This document shows positions 13,850 to 29,700 of a DNA stretch of 64,000 nt, in pieces; the stretch's first letter is position 1, and every line of letters starts with the position of its first letter. Under the pieces are notes generated by a model. It saw only the letters and a program-made list of their open reading frames with translations. It did not search any database and was not told where the DNA came from. The translations under genes were made by a program, and so were the position numbers. Origin of the DNA: Eledone cirrhosa (taxonomy: Eukaryota). Location of the stretch: positions 31,062,001-31,126,000 of the forward strand of contig OZ024750.1 of NCBI GenBank assembly GCA_964016885.1. Direction: 5' to 3'.

Positions 13850-16800
13850 TACAGACCTCTCTCAGAAGAGATAGACCTAGTGTACACTAACATAACATGT
13901 ACAGACCTCTCTCAGAAGAGATAGACCTAGTGTACACTAACATAACATGTACAGACCTCTCTCAGAAGAGATAGACCTAGTCTACACTAACATAAGATGT
14001 ACAGACCTCTCTCAGAAGAGATAAACCTAGTGTACACTAACATAACATGTACAGACCTCTCTCAGAAGAGATAGACCTAGTGTACACTAACATAACATGT
14101 AGAAACCTCTCCCAGAAGAGATAAACCTAGTGTACACTAACATAACATGTACAGACCTCTCTCAGAAGAGATAAACCTAGTGTACACTAACATAACATGT
14201 AGAAACCTCTCCCAGAATAGATAAACCTAGTGTACACTAACATAACATGTAGAAACCTCTCCCAGAAGAGATAAACCTAGTGTACACTAACATAACATGT
14301 ACAGACCTCTCTCAGAAGAGATAAACCTAGTGTACACTAAAATAAGATGTACAGACCTCTCTCAGAAGAGATAGACCTACTGTACACTAACATAACATGT
14401 ACAGACCTCTCTCAGAAGAGATAGACCTAGTGTACACTAACATAACATGTAGAAACCTCTCTCAGAAGGGATAGACCTAGTGTACACTAACATAACATGT
14501 AGAAACCTCTCTCAGAAGGGATAGACCTAGTGTACACTAACATAACATGTAGAAACCTCTCCCAGAAGGGATAGACCTAGTGTACACTAACATAACATGT
14601 AGAAACCTCTCTCAGAAGGGATAGACCTAGTGTACACTAACATAACATGTAGAAACCTCTCTCAGAAGGGATAGACCTAGTGTACACTAACATAACATGT
14701 AGAAACCTCTCTCAGAAGGGATAGACCTAGTGTACACTAACATAACATGTAGAAACCTCTCTCAGAAGGGATAGACCTAGTGTACACTAACATAACATGT
14801 AGAAACCTCTCCCAGAAGAGATAGACCTAGTGTACACTAACATAACATGTAGAAACCTCTCTCAGAAGGGATAGACCTAGGGTACACTAACATAACATGT
14901 AGAAACCTCTCTCAGAAGGGATAGACCTAGTGTACACTAACATAACATGTAGAAACCTCTCCCAGAAGAGATAGACCTAGTGTACACTAACATAACATGT
15001 ACAGACCTCTCTCAGAAGAGATAGACCTAGTGTACACTAACATAACATGTACAGACCTCTCCCAGAAGAGATAGACCTAGTGTACACTAACATAACATGT
15101 AGAAACCTCTCCCAGAAGAGATAGACCTAGTGTACACTAACATAACATGTACAGACCTCTCTCAGAAGAGATAGACTTAGTGTACAGTAACATAACATGT
15201 ATAAACCTCTCTCAGAAGAGATAGACCTAGTGTACACTAACATAACATGTACAGACCTCTCTCAGAAGAGATAGACCTAGTGTACACTAACATAACATGT
15301 AGAAACCTCTCCCAGAAGAAATAGACCTAGTGTACACTAACATAACATGTAGAAACCTCTCCCAGAAGAGATAGACCTAGTGTACACTAACATAACATGT
15401 AGAAACCTCTCTCAGAAGAGAGAGACCGAGTGTACACTAACATAACATGTAGAAACCTCTCCCAGAAGAGATAGACCTAGTGTACACTAACATAACATGT
15501 AGAAACCTCTCTCAGAAGAGATAGACCTAGTGTACACTAACATAACATGTAGAAACCTCTCTCAGAAGAGAAAGACCTAGTGTACACTAACATAACATGT
15601 AGAAACCTCTCTCAGAAGAGATAGACCTAGTGTACAGTAACATAACATGTAGAAACCTCTCTCAGAAGAGATAGACCTAGTGTACACTAACATAACATGT
15701 AGAAACCTCTCCCAGAAGAGATAGACCTAGTGTACACTAACATAACATGTACAGACCTCTCCCAGAAGAGATAGACCTAGTGTACACTAACATAACATGT
15801 ACAGACCTCTCCCAGAAGAGATAGACCTAGTGTACACTGACATAACATGTAGAAACCTCTCTCAGAAGAGATAGACCTAGTGTACACTAACATAACATGT
15901 AGAAACCTCTCCCAGAAGAGATAGACCTAGTGTACACTAACATAACATGTAGAAACCTCTCCCAGAAGAGATAGACCTAGTGTACACTAACATAACATGT
16001 AGAAACCTCTCTCAGAAGAGATAGACCTAGTGTACACTAACATAACATGTACAGACCTCTCTCAGAAGAGATAGACCTAGTGTACACTAACATAACATGT
16101 AGAAACCTCTCTCAGAAGAGATAGACCTAGTGTACACTAACATAACATGTAGAAACCTCTCTCAGAAGAGATAGACCGAGTGTACACTAACATAACATGT
16201 AGAAACCTCTCCCAGAAGAGATATACCTAGTGTACACTAACATAACATGTAGAAACCTCTCTCAGAAGAGATAGACCTAGTGTACACTAACATAACATGT
16301 AGAAACCTCTCTCAGAAGAGATAGACCTAGTGTACACTAACATAACATGTAGAAACCTCTCTCAGAAGAGATAGACCTAGTGTACACTAACATAACATGT
16401 ACAGACCTCTCTCAGAAGAGATAGACCTAGTGTACACTAACATAACATGTAGAAACCTCTCTCAGAAGAGATAAACCTAGTGTACACTAACATAACATGT
16501 AGAAACCTCTCTCAGAAGAGATAAACCTAGTGTACACTAACATAACATGTAGAAACCTCTCCCAGAAGAGAAAGACCTAGTGTACACTAACATAACATGT
16601 AGAAACCTCTCTCAGAAGAGATAGACTTAGTGTACACTAACATAACATGTAGAAACCTCTCTCAGAAGAGATAAACCTAGTGTACACTAACATAACATGT
16701 ACAGACCTCTCCCAGAAGAGATAGACCTAGTGTACACTAACATAACATGTAGAAACCTCTCTCAGAAGAGATAGACCTAGTGTACACTAACATAACATGT

Positions 16801-19800
16801 ACAGACCTCTCTCAGAAGAGATAGACCTAGTGTACACTAACATAACATGTAGAAACCTCTCTCAGAAGAGATAAACTTAGTGTACACTAACATAACATGT
16901 AGAAACCTCTCTCAGAAGAGATAAACCTAGTGTACACTAACATAACATGTAGAAACCTCTCCCAGAAGAGAAAGACCTAGTGTACACTAACATAACATGT
17001 AGAAACCTCTCTCAGAAGAGATAGACTTAGTGTACACTAACATAACATGTAGAAACCTCTCTCAGAAGAGATAAACCTAGTGTACACTAACATAACATGT
17101 ACAGACCTCTCCCAGAAGAGATAGACCTAGTGTACACTAACATAACATGTAGAAACCTCTCTCAGAAGAGATAGACCTAGTGTACACTAACATAACATGT
17201 AGAAACCTCTCCCAGAAGAGATAGACCTAGTGTACACTAACATAACATGTAGAAACCTCTCTCAGAAGAGATAGACCTAGTGTACACTAACATAACATGT
17301 ACAGACCTCTCTCAGAAGAGATAGACCTAGTGTACACTAACATAACATGTACAGACCTCTCTCAGAAGAGATAGACCTAGTCTACACTAACATAAGATGT
17401 ACAGACCTCTCTCAGAAGAGATAAACCTAGTGTACACTAACATAACATGTACAGACCTCTCTCAGAAGAGATAGACCTAGTGTACACTAACATAACATGT
17501 AGAAACCTCTCCCAGAAGAGATAAACCTAGTGTACACTAACATAACATGTACAGACCTCTCTCAGAAGAGATAAACCTAGTGTACACTAACATAACATGT
17601 AGAAACCTCTCCCAGAATAGATAAACCTAGTGTACACTAACATAACATGTAGAAACCTCTCCCAGAAGAGATAAACCTAGTGTACACTAACATAACATGT
17701 ACAGACCTCTCTCAGAAGAGATAAACCTAGTGTACACTAAAATAAGATGTACAGACCTCTCTCAGAAGAGATAGACCTACTGTACACTAACATAACATGT
17801 ACAGACCTCTCTCAGAAGAGATAGACCTAGTGTACACTAACATAACATGTAGAAACCTCTCTCAGAAGGGATAGACCTAGTGTACACTAACATAACATGT
17901 AGAAACCTCTCTCAGAAGGGATAGACCTAGTGTACACTAACATAACATGTAGAAACCTCTCCCAGAAGGGATAGACCTAGTGTACACTAACATAACATGT
18001 AGAAACCTCTCTCAGAAGGGATAGACCTAGTGTACACTAACATAACATGTAGAAACCTCTCTCAGAAGGGATAGACCTAGTGTACACTAACATAACAAGT
18101 AGAAACCTCTCTCAGAAGGGATAGACCTAGTGTACACTAACATAACATGTAGAAACCTCTCTCAGAAGGGATAGACCTAGTGTACACTAACATAACATGT
18201 AGAAACCTCTCCCAGAAGAGATAGACCTAGTGTACACTAACATAACATGTAGAAACCTCTCTCAGAAGGGATAGACCTAGGGTACACTAACATAACATGT
18301 AGAAACCTCTCTCAGAAGGGATAGACCTAGTGTACACTAACATAACATGTAGAAACCTCTCCCAGAAGAGATAGACCTAGTGTACACTAACATAACATGT
18401 ACAGACCTCTCTCAGAAGAGATAGACCTAGTGTACACTAACATAACATGTACAGACCTCTCCCAGAAGAGATAGACCTAGTGTACACTAACATAACATGT
18501 AGAAACCTCTCCCAGAAGAGATAGACCTAGTGTACACTAACATAACATGTACAGACCTCTCTCAGAAGAGATAGACTTAGTGTACAGTAACATAACATGT
18601 ATAAACCTCTCTCAGAAGAGATAGACCTAGTGTACACTAACATAACATGTACAGACCTCTCTCAGAAGAGATAGACCTAGTGTACACTAACATAACATGT
18701 AGAAACCTCTCCCAGAAGAAATAGACCTAGTGTACACTAACATAACATGTACAGACCTCTCCCAGAAGAGATAGACCTAGTGTACACTAACATAACATGT
18801 AGAAACCTCTCTCAGAAGAGAGAGACCGAGTGTACACTAACATAACATGTAGAAACCTCTCCCAGAAGAGATAGACCTAGTGTACACTAACATAACATGT
18901 AGAAACCTCTCTCAGAAGAGATAGACCTAGTGTACACTAACATAACATGTAGAAACCTCTCTCAGAAGAGAAAGACCTAGTGTACACTAACATAACATGT
19001 AGAAACCTCTCTCAGAAGAGATAGACCTAGTGTACAGTAACATAACATGTAGAAACCTCTCTCAGAAGAGATAGACCTAGTGTACACTAACATAACATGT
19101 AGAAACCTCTCCCAGAAGAGATAGACCTAGTGTACACTAACATAACATGTACAGACCTCTCCCAGAAGAGATAGACCTAGTGTACACTAACATAACATGT
19201 ACAGACCTCTCCCAGAAGAGATAGACCTAGTGTACACTGACATAACATGTAGAAACCTCTCTCAGAAGAGATAGACCTAGTGTACACTAACATAACATGT
19301 AGAAACCTCTCCCAGAAGAGATAGACCTAGTGTACACTAACATAACATGTAGAAACCTCTCCCAGAAGAGATAGACCTAGTGTACACTAACATAACATGT
19401 AGAAACCTCTCTCAGAAGAGATAGACCTAGTGTACACTAACATAACATGTACAGACCTCTCTCAGAAGAGATAGACCTAGTGTACACTAACATAACATGT
19501 AGAAACCTCTCTCAGAAGAGATAGACCTAGTGTACACTAACATAACATGTAGAAACCTCTCTCAGAAGAGATAGACCGAGTGTACACTAACATAACATGT
19601 AGAAACCTCTCCCAGAAGAGATATACCTAGTGTACACTAACATAACATGTAGAAACCTCTCTCAGAAGAGATAGACCTAGTGTACACTAACATAACATGT
19701 AGAAACCTCTCTCAGAAGAGATAGACCTAGTGTACACTAACATAACATGTAGAAACCTCTCTCAGAAGAGATAGACCTAGTGTACACTAACATAACATGT

Positions 19801-20700
19801 ACAGACCTCTCTCAGAAGAGATAGACCTAGTGTACACTAACATAACATGTAGAAACCTCTCTCAGAAGAGATAAACCTAGTGTACACTAACATAACATGT
19901 AGAAACCTCTCTCAGAAGAGATAAACCTAGTGTACACTAACATAACATGTAGAAACCTCTCCCAGAAGAGAAAGACCTAGTGTACACTAACATAACATGT
20001 AGAAACCTCTCTCAGAAGAGATAGACTTAGTGTACACTAACATAACATGTAGAAACCTCTCTCAGAAGAGATAAACCTAGTGTACACTAACATAACATGT
20101 ACAGACCTCTCCCAGAAGAGATAGACCTAGTGTACACTAACATAACATGTAGAAACCTCTCTCAGAAGAGATAGACCTAGTGTACACTAACATAACATGT
20201 ACAGACCTCTCTCAGAAGAGATAGACCTAGTGTACACTAACATAACATGTAGAAACCTCTCTCAGAAGAGATAAACCTAGTGTACACTAACATAACATGT
20301 AGAAACCTCTCTCAGAAGAGATAAACCTAGTGTACACTAACATAACATGTAGAAACCTCTCCCAGAAGAGAAAGACCTAGTGTACACTAACATAACATGT
20401 AGAAACCTCTCTCAGAAGAGATAGACTTAGTGTACACTAACATAACATGTAGAAACCTCTCTCAGAAGAGATAAACCTAGTGTACACTAACATAACATGT
20501 ACAGACCTCTCCCAGAAGAGATAGACCTAGTGTACACTAACATAACATGTAGAAACCTCTCTCAGAAGAGATAGACCTAGTGTACACTAACATAACATGT
20601 AGAAACCTCTCCCAGAAGAGATAGACCTAGTGTACACTAACATAACATGTAGAAACCTCTCTCAGAAGAGATAGACCTAGTGTACACTAACATAACATGT
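13850..20700. repeat. Tandem duplication with period 3400 bp (68 monomers)
   Basis: Markers at constant offset 3400: CCCAGAATAG 14211/17611, ATAGACCTAC 14371/17771, TGTACAGTAA 15181/18581, CCCAGAAGAA 15311/18711, AGAGACCGAG 15421/18821, TGTACACTGA 15831/19231. Confidence 0.9.
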
Positions 20701-23700
20701 ACAGACCTCTCTCAGAAGAGATAGACTTAGTGTACACTAACATAACATGTAGAAACCTCTCTCAGAAGAGATAGACCTAGTGTACACTAACATAACATGT
20801 ACAGACCTCTCCCAGAAGAGATAGACCTAGTGTACACTAAAATAAGATGTACAGACCTCTCTCAGAAGAGATAGACCTAGTGTACACTAACATAACATGT
20901 ACAGACCTCTCTCAGAAGAGATAGACCTAGTGTACACTAACATAACATGTACAGACCTCTGTCAGAAGAGATAGACCTAGTGTACACTAACATAACATGT
21001 ACAGACCTCTCTCAGAAGAGATAGACCTAGTGTACACTAACATAACATGTACAGACCTCTCTCAGAAGAGATAGACCTAGTCTACACTAACATAAGATGT
21101 ACAGACCTCTCTCAGAAGAGATAAACCTAGTGTACACTAACATAACATGTACAGACCTCTCTCAGAAGAGATAGACCTAGTGTACACTAACATAACATGT
21201 AGAAACCTCTCCCAGAAGAGATAAACCTAGTGTACACTAACATAACATGTACAGACCTCTCTCAGAAGAGATAAACCTAGTGTACACTAACATAACATGT
21301 AGAAACCTCTCCCAGAATAGATAAACCTAGTGTACACTAACATAACATGTAGAAACCTCTCCCAGAAGAGATAAACCTAGTGTACACTAACATAACATGT
21401 ACAGACCTCTCTCAGAAGAGATAAACCTAGTGTACACTAAAATAAGATGTACAGACCTCTCTCAGAAGAGATAGACCTACTGTACACTAACATAACATGT
21501 ACAGACCTCTCTCAGAAGAGATAGACCTAGTGTACACTAACATAACATGTAGAAACCTCTCTCAGAAGGGATAGACCTAGTGTACACTAACATAACATGT
21601 AGAAACCTCTCTCAGAAGGGATAGACCTAGTGTACACTAACATAACATGTAGAAACCTCTCCCAGAAGGGATAGACCTAGTGTACACTAACATAACATGT
21701 AGAAACCTCTCTCAGAAGGGATAGACCTAGTGTACACTAACATAACATGTAGAAACCTCTCTCAGAAGGGATAGACCTAGTGTACACTAACATAACATGT
21801 AGAAACCTCTCTCAGAAGGGATAGACCTAGTGTACACTAACATAACATGTAGAAACCTCTCTCAGAAGGGATAGACCTAGTGTACACTAACATAACATGT
21901 AGAAACCTCTCCCAGAAGAGATAGACCTAGTGTACACTAACATAACATGTAGAAACCTCTCTCAGAAGGGATAGACCTAGGGTACACTAACATAACATGT
22001 AGAAACCTCTCTCAGAAGGGATAGACCTAGTGTACACTAACATAACATGTAGAAACCTCTCCCAGAAGAGATAGACCTAGTGTACACTAACATAACATGT
22101 ACAGACCTCTCTCAGAAGAGATAGACCTAGTGTACACTAACATAACATGTACAGACCTCTCCCAGAAGAGATAGACCTAGTGTACACTAACATAACATGT
22201 AGAAACCTCTCCCAGAAGAGATAGACCTAGTGTACACTAACATAACATGTACAGACCTCTCTCAGAAGAGATAGACTTAGTGTACACTAACATAACATGT
22301 ATAAACCTCTCTCAGAAGAGATAGACCTAGTGTACACTAACATAACATGTACAGACCTCTCTCAGAAGAGATAGACCTAGTGTACACTAACATAACATGT
22401 AGAAACCTCTCTCAGAAGAGAGAGACCGAGTGTACACTAACATAACATGTAGAAACCTCTCCCAGAAGAGATAGACCTAGTGTACACTAACATAACATGT
22501 AGAAACCTCTCTCAGAAGAGATAGACCTAGTGTACACTAACATAACATGTAGAAACCTCTCTCAGAAGAGAAAGACCTAGTGTACACTAACATAACATGT
22601 AGAAACCTCTCTCAGAAGAGATAGACCTAGTGTACACTAACATAACATGTAGAAACCTCTCTCAGAAGAGATAAACCTAGTGTACACTAACATAACATGT
22701 ACAGACCTCTCCCAGAAGAGATAGACCTAGTGTACACTGACATAACATGTAGAAACCTCTCTCAGAAGAGATAGACCTAGTGTACACTAACATAACATGT
22801 AGAAACCTCTCCCAGAAGAGATAGACCTAGTGTACACTAACATAACATGTAGAAACCTCTCCCAGAAGAGATAGACCTAGTGTACACTAACATAACATGT
22901 AGAAACCTCTCTCAGAAGAGATAGACCTAGTGTACACTAACATAACATGTACAGACCTCTCTCAGAAGAGATAGACCTAGTGTACACTAACATAACATGT
23001 AGAAACCTCTCTCAGAAGAGATAAACCTAGTGTACACTAACATAACATGTAGAAACCTCTCTCAGAAGAGATAGACCGAGTGTACACTAACATAACATGT
23101 AGAAACCTCTCCCAGAAGAGATATACCTAGTGTACACTAACATAACATGTAGAAACCTCTCTCAGAAGAGATAGACCTAGTGTACACTAACATAACATGT
23201 AGAAACCTCTCTCAGAAGAGATAGACCTAGTGTACACTAACATAACATGTAGAAACCTCTCTCAGAAGAGATAGACCTAGTGTACACTAACATAACATGT
23301 ACAGACCTCTCTCAGAAGAGATAGACCTAGTGTACACTAACATAACATGTAGAAACCTCTCTCAGAAGAGATAAACCTAGTGTACACTAACATAACATGT
23401 AGAAACCTCTCTCAGAAGAGATAAACCTAGTGTACACTAACATAACATGTAGAAACCTCTCCCAGAAGAGAAAGACCTAGTGTACACTAACATAACATGT
23501 AGAAACCTCTCTCAGAAGAGATAGACCTAGTGTACACTAACATAACATGTAGAAACCTCTCTCAGAAGAGATAAACCTAGTGTACACTAACATAACATGT
23601 ACAGACCTCTCCCAGAAGAGATAGACCTAGTGTACACTAACATAACATGTAGAAACCTCTCTCAGAAGAGATAGACCTAGTGTACACTAACATAACATGT

Positions 23701-26700
23701 AGAAACCTCTCCCAGAAGAGATAGACCTAGTGTACACTAACATAACATGTAGAAACCTCTCTCAGAAGAGATAGACCTAGTGTACACTAACATAACATGT
23801 AGAAACCTCTCCGAGAAGAGATAGACCTAGTGTACACTAACATAACATGTACAGACCTCTCCCAGAAGAGATAGACCTAGTGTACACTAACATAACATGT
23901 ACAGACGTCTCCCAGAAGAGATAGACCTAGTGTACACTAACATAACATGTAGAAACCTCTCTCAGAAGAGATAAACCTAGTATACACTAACATAACATGT
24001 ACAGACCTCTCTCAGAAGAGATAGACCTAGTGTACACTAACATAACATGTAGAAACCTCTCTCAGAAGAGATAGACCTAGTGTACACTAACATAACATGT
24101 AGAAACCTCTCTCAGAAGAGATAAACCTAGTGTACACTAACATAACATGTAGAAACCTCTCTCAGAAGAGGTAAACCTAGTGTACACTAACATAACATGT
24201 ACAGACCTCTCTCAGAAGAGATAGACCTAGTGTACACTAACATAACATGTAGAAACCTCTCTCAGAAGAGATAGACCTAGTGTACACTAACATAAGATGT
24301 ACAGACCTCTCCCAGAAGAGATAGACCTAGTGTACACTAACATAACATGTAGAAACCTCTCCCAGAAGAGATAGACCTAGTGTACACTAACATAACATGT
24401 AGAAACCTCTCCCAGAAGAGATAAACCTAGTGTACACTAACATAACATGTAGAAACCTCTCCCAGAAGAGATAGACCTAGTGTACACTAACATAACATGT
24501 ACAGACCTCTCCCAGAAGAGATAGACCTAGTGTACACTAAAATAAGATGTACAGACCTCTCTCAGAAGAGATAGACCTAGTGTACACTAACATAACATGT
24601 AGAAACCTCTCCCAGAAGAGATAGACCTAGTGTACACTAACATAAGATGTACAGACCTCTCCCAGAAGAGATAGACCTAGTGTACACTAACATAACATGT
24701 AGAAACCTCTCCCAGAAGAGATAGACCTAGTGTACAATAACATAAGATGTACAGACCTCTCTCAGAAGAGATAGACCTCGTGTACACTAACATAACATGT
24801 AGAAACCTCTCCCAGAAGAGATAGACCTAGTGTACACTAACATAACATGTACAGACCTCTCCCAGAAGAGATAGACCTAGTGTACACTAACATAACATGT
24901 AGAAACCTCTCTCAGAAGGGATAGACCTAGTGTACACTAACATAACATGTACAGACCTCTCTCAGAAGAGATAGACCTAGTGTACACTAACATAACATGT
25001 ACAGACCTCTCTCAGAAGAGATAGACCTAGTGTACACTAACATAAGATGTACAGACCTCTCTCAGAAGAGATAGACCTAGTGTACACTAACATAACATGT
25101 ACAGACCTCTCTCAGAAGAGATAGACCTAGTGTACACTAACATAACATGTACAGACCTCTCTCAGAAGAGATAGACCTAGTCTACACTAACATAAGATGT
25201 ACAGACCTCTCTCAGAAGAGATAAACCTAGTGTACACTAACATAACATGTACAGACCTCTCTCAGAAGAGATAGACCTAGTGTACACTAACATAACATGT
25301 AGAAACTTCTCCCAGAAGAGATAAACCTAGTGTACACTAACATAACATGTACAGACCTCTCTCAGAAGAGATAAACCTAGTGTACACTAACATAACATGT
25401 AGAAACCTCTCCCAGAATAGATAAACCTAGTGTACACTAACATAACATGTAGAAACCTCTCCCAGAAGAGATAAACCTAGTGTACACTAACACAACATGT
25501 ACAGACCTCTCTCAGAAGAGATAAACCTAGTGTACACTAAAATAAGATGTACAGACCTCTCTCAGAAGAGATAGACCTAGTGTACACTAACATAACATGT
25601 ACAGACCTCTCTCAGAAGAGATAGACCTAGTGTACACTAACATAACATGTAGAAACCTCTCTCAGAAGGGATAGACCTAGTGTACACTAACATAACATGT
25701 AGAAACCTCTCTCAGAAGGGATAGACCTAGTGTACACTAACATAACATGTAGAAACCTCTCCCAGAAGGGATAGACCTAGTGTACACTAACATAACATGT
25801 AGAAACCTCTCTCAGAAGGGATAGACCTAGTGTACACTAACATAACATGTAGAAACCTCTCTCAGAAGGGATAGACCTAGTGTACACTAACATAACATGT
25901 AGAAACCTCTCTCAGAAGGGATAGACCTAGTGTACACTAACATAACATGTAGAAACCTCTCTCAGAAGGGATAGACCTAGTGTACACTAACATAACATGT
26001 AGAAACCTCTCCCAGAAGAGATAGACCTAGTGTACACTAACATAACATGTAGAAACCTCTCTCAGAAGGGATAGACCTAGGGTACACTAACATAACATGT
26101 AGAAACCTCTCTCAGAAGGGATAAACCTAGTGTACACTAACATAACATGTAGAAACCTCTCCCAGAAGAGATAGACCTAGTGTACACTAACATAACATGT
26201 ACAGACCTCTCTCGGAAGAGATAGACCTAGTGTACACTAACATAACATGTACAGACCTCTCTCAGAAGAGATAGACCTAGTGTACACTAACATAACATGT
26301 AGAAACCTCTCTCAGAATAGATAGACCGAGTGTACACTAACATAACATGTAGAAACCTCTCCCAGAAGAGATAGACCTAGTGTACACTAACATAACATGT
26401 AGAAACCTCTCTCAGAAGGGATAGACCTAGTGTACACTAACATAACATGTAGAAACCTCTCTCAGAAGAGATAGACCTAGTGTACACTAACATAACATGT
26501 AGAAACCTCTCTCAGAAGGGATAGACCTAGTGTACACTAACATAACATGTAGAAACCTCTCTCAGAAGAGATAGACCTAGTGTACACTAACATAACATGT
26601 AGAAACCTCTCTCAGAAGAGATAGACCTAGTGTACACTAACATAACATGTAGAAACCTCTCTCAGAAGAGATAAACCTAGTGTACACTAACATAACATGT

Positions 26701-29700
26701 AGAAACCTCTCTCAGAAGAGATAGACCGAGTGTACACTAACATAACATGTAGAAACCTCTCCCAGAAGAGATAGACCTAGTGTAAACTAACATAACATGT
26801 AGAAACCTCTCTCAGAAGAGATAGACCTAGTGTACATTAACATAACATGTAGAAACCTCTCTCAGAAGAGAAAGACCTAGTGTACACTAACATAACATGT
26901 AGAAACCTCTCTCAGAAGAGATAAACCTAGTGTACACTAACATAACATGTAGAAACCTCTCCCAGAAGAGAAAGACCTAGTGTACACTAACATAACATGT
27001 AGAAACCTCTCTCAGAAGAGATAGACCTAGTGTACACTAACATAACATGTAGAAACCTCTCCCAGAAGAGATAAACCTAGTGTACACTAACATAACATGT
27101 ACAGACCTCTCTCAGAAGAGATAGACCTAGTGTACACTAACATAACACGTAGAAACCTCTCCCAGAAGAGATAGACCTAGTGTACACTAACATAACATGT
27201 AGAAACCTCTCTCAGAAGAGATAGACCTAGTGTACACTAACATAACATGTACAGACCTCTCCCAGAAGAGATAGACCTAGTGTACACTAAAATAAGATGT
27301 ACAGACCTCTCTCAGAAGAGATAGACCTAGTGTACACTAACATAACATGTAGAAACCTCTCCCAGAAGAGATAGACCTAGTGTACAATAACATAAGATGT
27401 ACAGACCTCTCTCAGAAGAGATAGACCTCGTGTACACTAACATAACATGTAGAAACCTCTCCCAGAAGAGATAGACCTAGTGTACACTAACATAACATGT
27501 ACAGACCTCTCCCAGAAGAGATAGACCTAGTGTACACTAAAATAAGATGTACAGACCTCTCTCAGAAGAGATAGACCTAGTGTACACTAACATAACATGT
27601 ACAGACCTCTCTCAGAAGAGATAGACCTAGTGTACACTAACATAACATGTACAGACCTCTCTCAGAAGAGATAGACCTAGTGTACACTAACATAACATGT
27701 ACAGACCTCTCTCAGAAGAGATAGACCTAGTGTACACTAACATAACATGTACAGACCTCTCTCAGAAGAGATAGACCTAGTCTACACTAACATAAGATGT
27801 ACAGACCTCTCTCAGAAGAGATAAACCTAGTGTACACTAACATAACATGTACAGACCTCTCTCAGAAGAGATAGACCTAGTGTACACTAACATAACATGT
27901 AGAAACCTCTCCCAGAAGAGATAAACCTAGTGTACACTAACATAACATGTACAGACCTCTCTCAGAAGAGATAAACCTAGTGTACACTAACATAACATGT
28001 AGAAACCTCTCCCAGAATAGATAAACCTAGTGTACACTAACATAACATGTAGAAACCTCTCCCAGAAGAGATAAACCTAGTGTACACTAACATAACATGT
28101 ACAGACCTCTCTCAGAAGAGATAAACCTAGTGTACACTAAAATAAGATGTACAGACCTCTCTCAGAAGAGATAGACCTAGTGTACACTAACATAACATGT
28201 ACAGACCTCTCTCAGAAGAGATAGACCTAGTGTACACTAACATAACATGTAGAAACCTCTCTCAGAAGGGATAGACCTAGCGTACACTAACATAACATGT
28301 AGAAACCTCTCTCAGAAGGGATAGACCTAGTGTACACTAACATAACATGTAGAAACCTCTCCCAGAAGGGATAGACCTAGTGTACACTAACATAACATGT
28401 AGAAACCTCTCTCAGAAGGGATAGACCTAGTGTACACTAACATAACATGTAGAAACCTCTCTCAGAAGGGATAGACCTAGTGTACACAAACATAACATGT
28501 AGAAACCTCTCTCAGAAGGGATAGACCTAGTGTACACTAACATAACATGTAGAAACCTCTCTCAGAAGGGATAGACCTAGTGTACACTAACATAACATGT
28601 AGAAACCTCTCCCAGAAGAGATAGACCTAGTGTACACTAACATAACATGTAGAAACCTCTCTCAGAAGGGATAGACCTAGTGTACACTAACATAACATGT
28701 AGAAACCTCTCTCAGAAGGGATAAACCTAGTGTACACTAACATAACATGTAGAAACCTCTCCCAGAAGAGATAGACCTAGTGTACACTAACATAACATGT
28801 ACAGACCTCTCTCGGAAGAGATAGACCTAGTGTACACTAACATAACATGTACAGACCTCTCTCAGAAGAGATAGACTTAGTGTACACTAACATAACATGT
28901 AGAAACCTCTCTCAGAAGAGATAGACCTAGTGTACACTAACATAACATGTACAGACCTCTCTCAGAAGAGATAGACCTAGTGTACACTAACATAACATGT
29001 AGAAACCTCTCTCAGAAGAGATAGACCGAGTGTACACTAACATAACATGTAGAAACCTCTCCCACAAGAGATAGACCTAGTGTACACTAACATAACATGT
29101 AGAAACCTCTCTCAGAAGGGATAGACCTAGTGTACACTAACATAACATGTAGAAACCTCTCTCAGAAGAGATAGACCTAGTGTACACTAACATAACATGT
29201 AGAAACCTCTCTCAGAAGGGATAGACCTAGTGTACACTAACATAACATGTAGAAACCTCTCTCAGAAGAGATAGACCTAGTGTACACTAACATAACATGT
29301 AGAAACCTCTCTCAGAAGAGATAGACCTAGTGTACACTAACATAACATGTAGAAACCTCTCTCAGAAGAGATAAACCTAGTGTACACTAACATAACATGT
29401 AGAAACCTCTCTCAGAAGAGATAGACCGAGTGTACACTAACATAACATGTAGAAACCTCTCCCAGAAGAGATAGACCTAGTGTACACTAACATAACATGT
29501 AGAAACCTCTCTCAGAAGAGATAGACCTAGTGTACCCTAACACAACATGTAGAAACCTCTCTCAGAAGAGAAAGACCTAGTGTACACTAACATAACATGT
29601 AGAAACCTCTCTCAGAAGAGATAAACCTAGTGTACACTAACATAACATGTAGAAACCTCTCCCAGAAGAGAAAGACCTAGTGTACACTAACATAACATGT